This document shows, in pieces, positions 27,131 to 64,000 of a stretch of 64,000 nt of DNA. Position numbers and translations under genes: made by a program. Below the pieces are notes generated by a model. That model had not been told where the DNA came from, made no database searches, and saw only the letters and a program-made list of their open reading frames with translations. The stretch lies in contig OZ037767.1 of NCBI GenBank assembly GCA_964035545.1, forward strand, positions 11,542,581 through 11,606,580. Reading direction: 5' to 3'. Numbering within the stretch: position 1 is the stretch's first letter; the number at the start of each line of letters is the position of its first letter. Source of the DNA: Bugula neritina. Lineage: Eukaryota > Animalia > Bryozoa.

Positions 27131-30100
27131 TACTGATACTATAAGCCTGCATGCTGGTATTCTCGTTCTGAATGTTATTTGGTAATAATTTGTTCAATTA
27201 ACTAATTTTTTTCAGTGATTTGATTAATCATTTGAACATTGCATATTCCACATTGATTTGCTTTCATCATCTTTCATTGGGCATGATAAAGTAAATAATG
27301 TCATTGCTTTTTTTGGTCTAGAGTTATAATTGTTGTTTGTGTTTATAGTATCAGCATTTCACATCACTTGGTTTTCTGATTTTTACTCACAATCCCATTC
27401 CCATTAAAAATTATTGAGGTAACTGGTATCAGAGGGATTTCTTTTAGGCATCTAATTCAATTTTGCTGATAGCAATAATGATAATGAATGAACATTGATT
27501 CATTCAGTAATCAAAGATTAATGGGAATACTATTTAGTTTTATCAAGTTTAGGACAGAATTGGTCTTGAAAATTACAATGCTCAATCCTTAGAAGTTTTA
27601 TATCATTCTCATATTGTGTGAGTAATGCTAATCCTAATAGTAATAGTAATTAATGGCCAATGATGGTCTTTAGTAATGATTATTTTCTGTATACATATTA
27701 TAATTAATTATCGTTTATATAAAGTTTTTTCTATGACCAATAGGAGACTAGGGATTGAAAATTGTTCAGTGTTGCTCCTGCAAGTGTGCTTTCATTTTAA
27801 ACATTCACATTCATTCAATTCAAGTTATCTGTTTATGTTGAAGGGCTATGTAGGTTTAGGTGTCGTATAAGTGTAGTATTTACCGCTGCTAGGCATGGTT
27901 AAAGCATGATCATACTTACCTTACATTAGTCCAAAGCTATGTTGAAGGTAGCAGTAAAAGTAGTTCTATCTCTATCATCATTATCCTTCTCTTATCTAGG
28001 CTTTGAAAAGTTTAAAGTTACATAAAAATTAATCTGGAGGATTCAAGTTGCATCAGACATGACAGTTTCATTCTATTTTTATTTGTTCACGATTTTTGTA
28101 AGGTTAAAGATCTCTGTGTGATTCTGATTCCATGTTCACGCTAAGTTCTCGCAGAATTGAGTTTTAATTTGCTGATTACCTTACATTTAGTCATTAGTTA
28201 TCCATAAAACTAATGCAGTGTAGATCTTTGGGTAGAAAAAAGAGCATTGCTTTTTCTATGCCTACTTGGATTCGCCGAGTACATGTAGATTAGGATTAAT
28301 TTGCATCTATTTCTAATTAATTTTTGTCCGATTTCAAGTTAATCCTATTAACTTCAAATCTGTTTTTCACAGTCAAATTGAAACTCTAGCTCTATATTTG
28401 AATTTCAAATCCAGCTCCTGTGTCTGCTATGAATTGAAACCTATTAACGTTATCTGTTCTTTACATCATAACTGTTCAAATGGTGCCCATAGCATGTCTT
28501 AAATTTCACTGAATAATAAAACAAAATGGGTTGCTTGGTTTGGCCACTGGGCAGCTGAGCTAAATAATTTACTAGTAGTTGCTAAGAATGCTGTATGTAT
28601 GCTGAAGAGCATAGAGTAATAGTCAGCTTGCCAGTTTATAATTAGCTCTATCCTATATAGTAAATAAGGCTAACTATCAAAATGTCATTACAGCCAACAG
28701 TCCCTCATTATACAGTCTGCTCTTTGCTAAAATCTAAAGCAATAGCAAATTACTGCAGTAAATAATTTCATGCAACCATATTCTATGCCATTCATTATCT
28801 GCTAACTGAGTATCCAAGTTTGGACTCTTCATGTTAGTTTGCTTTACCAGCAGTCTGTGTAAACACTACCAGTGTGAAACTATTGAGTTTGAACGAGGGT
28901 AGAGGAGGATCACATTGCTCCCAAACATTTTTTTAGGCTTTTGCTTTTCTGCCAAACATGCTCAGCTTGTGCTCTAATTTTCTATTTGCTTTCATTTTTA
29001 AAAGACTTCCTATTTTGTCATCAAGCTGTGTTTAGTTTGGTATTTGCCCTTCAGAAGATGGATATTGCTATGCAAGAGTTATTTGACAGTTGAAACATGG
29101 TAATAATGCAATTGATAACCATTCAATAATCTGTTGAAAAATCACCTTTTGACACTGTCCAGGCCTCCAAGTGGTCGTGTGTCACTGCTTCTATAAATAC
29201 GAGTTTCTAAAGTCTTGCCTGATTGTGAAGTAAACAATTGTTAATGTCACAACCTTTAGGTTGAAGAATCTAGTTTTATTTATCAGTCAAGTCAGTTGTA
29301 TCTGTCGTCTTACATCTCTTGTTTGATTGTGTCTTTAAACAAGTCCAACTACTAACTTTGAACCATCAGTGTTATAGTCTACTCTCTAACAACTTTCTAG
29401 AAATAAAACAGATCAACACTGTATCGGGGGATAAAAATATTGATCATTTTTTAAGCTGTCCAAGCAAAAATTTTCATTATAAAGTTGCTAAATGTGTAAA
29501 AACAAATTGGGGCAAAAACAGTCAAAAGTATTTATCTATATCATAACACCCTACATAGGCAATGTTAGGATATTTTCAGGGTCAAACTGATAAAAATGAT
29601 TAAGTTGAAATTTATTGGGTTTTGATCTAGTTTTAGTCATAGTTTTATCTCAAGAGGGTTGCTCTGCTATTATACTATTAATTTGACTGAAATCTGCCAA
29701 AGAATATAACAAATTACCCATACAATGTTACTGTTGTCATAGAAATGGTGCAAATGGATGGTATTAGTGGCCAGTTATAGTAGCCAAGACAGAAAAGCAT
29801 AGCATTACGCTGTGGCGGCAGACGTCATGCAATCTGTACTCTAACCTTCATCAAACTACTTGGGCCACTAATGTAACTTGAGACAAATATCTTTTTTTGT
29901 TTTTTAAGTAAAAAGTTGTATAGTTGAAATACTCAGTATAGAGCTCAAATGGTGATTTTAGCCTACTTCATTTTTTCATTCAAGCCTTTTTCTGCTACCA
30001 GCAGTTGGTAGGCCTCAGTGTTCAGGTAGTATGCTTTTACCAACTATCACATGTTGACAACAATAAAATGTTGCCTCTACAGTTCTATGCTCAACTACAT

Positions 30101-30576
30101 TACTAGTTACTACACAACTATATCAGACGGAAGGCCCAGTGTAATATAAATGTTGCTCAAGATAATAGTTGAGAGCACTCCTATTGCCTCTTCTGTTTCA
30201 GATATCGCTGTTATTCAAATGCTATTGCCGTCAGCAACTAATGTCCTTTATAAATTATAGACTTTTCAGCAATGCTTAACTTCGAAAATCTTTTTTATAT
30301 TTAAACCCAGGTTTTTACATTCAATAGCATTGTGTGCTGTTCATCTAGCTGCTCTACAACATAAGTTATATGGCCATGTGATGGTGTAATAAAATCCTCT
30401 CTCAGTTCAGGTTACAAATTGTTGTAGCACCAGTTCGTTTATTTTGGTTTTTACTCGTAGGCTGTGAGATTTCTGGCTGCCGACTATGGTCATACTAAGG
30501 GTAATGGTGAACCGATAAGATCTCACATGACCTGTGTTTACTAAGTATTCACAGACGCACAGACAGACAGACCAAG

Positions 30577-58293
<27,717 letters not shown>

Positions 58294-58400
58294 CCTGTGA
58301 ACCTAGTAGCCGGTCGTTGTAATGTTTGTGTGGACGTGTGACAATAGATGGTCATAATAGGAGATACTCACTAGATATCCTGTTTGCATTTGTATATCCC

Positions 58401-58406
58401 AATAAA
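58401..58406 (+). terminator. Candidate polyadenylation signal (AATAAA) of the distal MRCK terminal exon
   Basis: AATAAA about 110 nt after the TAG at 58291-58293. Confidence 0.5.
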
Positions 58407-59511
58407 TGTAATATATAGTAGTATAGAACGGTATCAGGTGTGAAAAATATAGGTTCACTTGGTGTTAAATTATTATAAAGAAATGGATAGAACTATATTT
58501 TCCTTTACTAAGCAGATGTGTGGTATATTATCTGCATTCACTCTAGTAAGCTGTACATTTCACAGAGGAGATTAATTGTGGTCACCTTACCCCATATATT
58601 GTCTTCATTGCTTATTGGTATCCACTCTGAATATGCTATGAACTGTGGCAAACTTTCAATAATTCTATTCACCAGGCTTCCAACTATTTATGTAGCATGA
58701 ATTATCATATTTTTTAATTTAAACAAAACTCAAATTATTGCTTTTGGGTTAATCTGTTAGAAACAAAATTCATTTCCATACTGTGATTTTAATAACTAAT
58801 AATGCTATAAAATATGATAATAATTATTGTTATAATATTATGTGTATATTGTTATTGTTATGAGCAATTAAAATGTACTGCCTGTTATAATGCTGGATTC
58901 CCTTTTTTTAATTTAAAGCCAGTTAACAAATTATAATACATCCAAGATAATCTTTTAATAGGAGGTTCACTTTGTCTTGTTGAAACATTTAAATGCAATT
59001 TCTATATCAATTCCTATAACCTAATGCATAGTACAAGGTGAAATAACTCTCTACCATTATGTCTCGTACTATGCCTTATTATATCTAAACAGTGAGTATT
59101 ATTTAACTTATGTATCAACTATAGTAGCTAATATTACTGGAGCACTCTCGGCCTTTGTATTATATTCATGATGCTAACTTTTTTCATACACAGCAACCAG
59201 TTACTTGTAAGGAAATTGATGGCATTTTAATTGTTGAGGATATGTTGAATAAACCTCTGAAGATTATTATACTTATTTGTGTTGAATGAAGTTCTCTCAC
59301 CACTGGCTTTCTTTAACCAGAACATTTTGTACTCTTGGGTACTCTGGTGCCTCATCGCTTCAAAACACAACCAAGAAGATGGCCATTAGTCTTAAAGCAA
59401 ATCAACTGAAATATTCTATTAGAACTGTTCCCTTCGGGCTTGAAAACTTGTATAAATTTTTATTTTGAAATAATATTGTACAAAAATACCGATCTGTTAA
59501 TTTTACATTTG

Positions 59512-59665
59512 GGTGCAGTAGTGGAAAGATTGGGATGATAAATTTTAGTTTGGTATGAGATAAATTTTGTGGCAATCTGGTTGAAATTCTCACGAGAACA
59601 TAACTTCTTTTGCTATATTTCTAATCTAGACCACAGGCTTTTCTCAATTTCTCCATTGCTGCACC
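59512..59665. mobile_element. MITE-like element, copy 2 (inverted relative to copy 1)
   Basis: Termini GGTGCAGTAGTGG ... CCATTGCTGCACC; shares internal sequence with 11174-11322. Confidence 0.7.
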
Positions 59666-62600
59666 TACCTTTAATTTTATTTCCAAAACTTCAAAAATTA
59701 CCACGTTACTTAATAGCAAAGCAAGATATTCTTATGGGAGAGAAATATTTGTCATGTAAGAAATGTGCAATTTATATATTTGAATTTTTCATTGCCTGAT
59801 CTTTGTACCTTATGGTAAGTTCGAAATATATTCTAAATGATAGCAAATCCTACTCATGAGTGCTTGCAAAAAGTATCAATTGATTTATTGCCTTTGTGAC
59901 TTGTGCTTAAGCCAAATAAACTGAGATTAAAAACTCAAAATATTTATATTTGCTAGTCATGAGTTTACACAGTGTGTATCATAAATGTAATAATAATTTG
60001 GTTTTGGTTGCAAAATCTGGGCTAAGGGGATCATCTAAGTACCACTTGAATTGTAAACTTGATACTTGACTATGTTGAGTATCCTTCAAGTAGATTAGAG
60101 TGTTTATACAACCACTTTGAGAGATGCCAGTCAATGGCAATGTTGCGTCAGTTGGTGCTTCATATTGCTACTGTGTATTCATTATCCGGCATATTAATAT
60201 CAATTATTTATATGATGCAGAAAATAAAGAGTATTGGTTACTGGCCTTCGAAATATTGCTAATTGGGTAACCAAAATGTTGATATAATTTATTTATTTAC
60301 AGTTGTTGCCCAACTTATGGGTGCTAGACTTTACATTAAGTTATTCAAAAGTAACAAACTGAATTCAATGCATTTTGGGGAATCTCCATTTTTACTATAA
60401 TATCAAATGAGCTTTTAAAGCAAAAAAGCTATTTATTATAGGTTGGTCAGCTAGTAGCTAAAAGCTTCATCTCCACAAAAATATTGTTAATGTTTCACTC
60501 TAACTGTATTTTATTATTGTACTTTTAACTTTCAAAATATCAGTGTATTAAAACTACATAAAAAATTCTATTTTTTCACCTTGGGTTTCACTTATATAGA
60601 AAAATTCAGACATTAAATCATGTAGAACTTTTCCATCATTATAATTAATATAATAAATTACATGATGTGTATGTCATGTTTGGTAATAATGTTTTTCAAG
60701 GTTCTAAATTCTACATGCTAATGTACATAGTATAATACATATTTTATATCACATTTTACTATCTTTCTGCTGTGCATGTGAATATTATATTAACATGGAA
60801 TATTACTGTTAATATATAACTCACATTTTTGTAGCTTAGCTTGTTCTTATAAAACGCATTAAATTCACCTATGGGAAACATGAAACAATCATCGTAATAT
60901 CATAACATATCATCAATAAAAAGCAATGAAATAATGTTTTAATGGAGCTATTGTAATGAAAAAGATGTAATATATTGAATAAATTGCTAATCAAACGTCA
61001 ATTGGTAATTACTAGAGTCAAAATGTTAATTGATTGTATTTCAACCCCAGTTATTTGCAGGCTCACCAGCTATTTCATTTATATTACACTAGAGCTTGTC
61101 TAGCATGAGTTGCTCAATGAACTATAAGATAATGTTGCAGTTGTTAAATCAAATCTTTTCAAATTTGATTTTACCATTTTCTATTAGCTAGTATATTGAA
61201 TCAAAATAAGAAACTGGTGACATGCTGCCATCATGTGCTTTCATGTCTGCTTTTCAAACATTACAATAAGTATTTCTTAGTTACTAAATCAGTTTAAAAT
61301 TTTGGAGTTGTGTTCTCAATATCGATGATTTGTTTCCTACTACACAGGAAAGGGCAGTATTCAATCATACGGAGGGACTTAGCTACTCTGTATTTATGCA
61401 TCTTTCACATGGCTTTGGACCAGACAAAAATGTCTTAATATTATTGCCAGTTCAAATTAAAGAAACATCTATTGTAGGCCTTAGCTGTGGCCTAGTTGTT
61501 AGGGCAATGACCTCTAGTAAAGGTCAGTGGTGATGCTAGAAAAGACACTAGGTTATAATTGATCCTTTGCCACAATAGTAAAAATTTCCTTGGCTTGCTT
61601 TAAAAAAACTTGTTCCATCAGGGATGGTGACTACGAACCCACATAAATGTTCATTTATTAAATATTAGCCGTCCCGAATTAGAATGTTTAAAAATGTTTG
61701 TTATAGTATTGTATGCAATCCCAACTGGCCTAACATTAGTTGAATGCAGAAAATTGGAAACAGATAATTTAGCTGACAAATAAGAGTTACAGGCTATCCA
61801 TTAATTGGTTAATATAACTTTTAATATATTTAATGCCTCATAACAAGTAACATTTTACTGTATATTTTTCGTTTATAGTATTATATTGCAAGTAGAAAAT
61901 TACCCCACTTGATTACCGCATGTGTAAAAAGAATGCTACAGCAAATGACAGAACATTTACCACAATATTTGAAAGCCTGCATATTTTTATGTTGCCAGTT
62001 GATTTGCTTAGATATAGCATTTTTCCCAAACAGAGTATAGTCATAGTACATACAAGAATTGAAATACAGCATTAAAAACTTGTAACTTTCCTTCTATAAC
62101 ACCAAAGAATCTGGTGCTAGTAGGTATAGTTTAGACTTATTAGTATGTTTAGATTATTTCTCACCATTTCTGTCATTGCTAGATACAAATCAGTGAAGCA
62201 AAATATGCAACATGTGCATTTTATGACAAGCAAATGCCCTTGCAACTGCTTCTTGCAACTTTAATTCTAACATCATTAGTCAGCACTAGTTGCATGTTCA
62301 CATTTTACTTATCAGTATTTACTTGTCTGATTCTTTTTCGTGGAAATTGAAACTGGATGATATGCAGAATAAAACTTACCTTTTCTGGCTTTAAATGTTA
62401 TTTATTTACAACCAAGGAATGAACAAACAAGTGAGTTTAAGCTAAAGCGTACCGCTCATGTCCCTTAATGAGTATTTTCATTGTTTCTGGCTAAAATACA
62501 ACTGAACAATTTGTCAATCTGCTTTTCCAAATAAAATTTTTCGTTTCTAAAGCCATCAAAATGAATATTTTTGTAATTTTGCAACCAAACAAAAATATTT

Positions 62601-62973
62601 TGCCATATGATTTCCATTGCTTTTCCTAATTAGCCAATCATCAAGTGTTGATTATTATTTCTTTTAATTAAAGTCATGCTTCAGATTTTTATTGTGATTC
62701 AATGATTAGAATAAACATCTAGTCATGATAAATAAAAGTTTAGAAATTTAGATAGAATTTGCTTTCATCACACAGAATAGTGAGTGCAAGTTTGAAAAAA
62801 ATTTAAAAGCTAATATGTCTTCTATAATAAACAAATTAAACTTTAAAAAATATTTATTGCAATATTAAAAATCTCAATTCTTATTGCTTGTGTTCTAAGA
62901 AAAATTTAATAAAATTTCAGTGAAACTCCTGCATTGTTTCTGGCAGCATATTACTTAGCCAGTCATAAAATAA

Positions 62974-63003
62974 TGTGTGTGTGTGAGTGTGTGTGTGCGT
63001 GTG

Positions 63004-63034
<31 letters not shown>
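62974..63034. repeat. (GT)n microsatellite
   Basis: About 30 GT dinucleotides with a few interruptions. Confidence 0.95.
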
Positions 63035-64000
63035 AAAATTTTATATAGCCCACATGTAAGAGGGGCCATGTATTTTGTCTCAAGTTACATAAACTCCAGG
63101 CCTCATCCAATGATAGGATATTTTTATTTCAATTCAGTATATTTGTGTTCCTTCAACTCAACTAAAGAAATTTTCATTTACATCGTAAAGCTTTCCACAG
63201 TTTCTTTGAAATAGACTCTAATACAAAGTGTAAACACAATTAGTCATAGTTTTGTAAATAAATTGAACAGGGAATTGAAACAAGCTTTACTATATAATAT
63301 GTTGGGTATCTTTAGTTTGACTATGCTAACAGAAGGCTAGCTATGACGTTATTGCTAATAGTATACAGGTATCATCAGCATAATTACAATAAAATTGATC
63401 AATATTTACTTATTTTAATAAATAACGGATACAATAAAAAATAAATGAAAATATTAGTTTATTTGTCTTAGCAAACATCAGCACTAAATAACTATGGCCA
63501 GTTCATTGATCAGCATAGCTGGGGCTAGTTGAGAAAGGAGTCATAGAGATTTGCTCTGCCTGGGGTTATATGATTTCCACAACAACTTATTCAAATCTTT
63601 GTCTAAAAGGACGTTTGTTCAGCTCATTGTTTCCATTTCTACCCTTTGCAATGATATAGAAATTGCTTTCTTTTCAGCTCTTGATACCTTATGTTTACTC
63701 TTGCAATGTTATTCAACTTGGAGGCAATATTGGATTTTTTGTTCTATGTTTTCAGTGTGTTGTGTGGCCGCATGATAATGTTGCCAGCATAATCTAAGCC
63801 CGCCTCCCTTGTGTTAAGAGTGTTTGTATAGTTTTCAATCGAAACAGTGAGGAGCCATTGAGTCGCTGTTGCTAAAAGCACAAATGCATATAATATAGAA
63901 GGTGTGTGGGTAAATACTAGATAGTGAGTAGTGATTGAATGGAGCTGGCGTGTAGCTGTTAGTTACATACTCTTTATAGAAACATCATTAGCAACACACA

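Noticed and set aside
58420-64000. Short ORFs in the distal AT-rich region
   Set aside because: No recognisable homology, coding-like composition or consistent exon chain.

Overview
Intron-rich animal genomic DNA, probably from an invertebrate (taxon not determinable from sequence alone). Three spliced genes can be rebuilt by hand with consistent GT-AG introns and phases: centriolin (CNTRL, minus strand, 21 exons, running off the left edge), CLASRP/SFRS16 (minus strand, 16 coding exons, complete) and an MRCK/CDC42BP kinase (plus strand, about 34 coding exons, with kinase, coiled-coil, C1, PH, CNH and CRIB domains). The last MRCK intron holds a decayed 5.3-kb DNA transposon with terminal inverted repeats and TTAA flanks (Kolobok-like), which carries a decayed spliced gene; small MITE-like elements occur elsewhere. 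The most striking signal is that many introns contain their own unrelated minisatellite, and several arrays are tandem copies of the gene's own exon-intron junction, stacking decoy donors or acceptors (some in frame) beside the real site. Unit lengths cluster near 22 and 33 bp, and the arrays are restricted to gene bodies. A second unexplained pattern is a 3/6-nt-periodic tract just downstream of each CpG-bearing promoter-like patch. All coordinates were read by eye.
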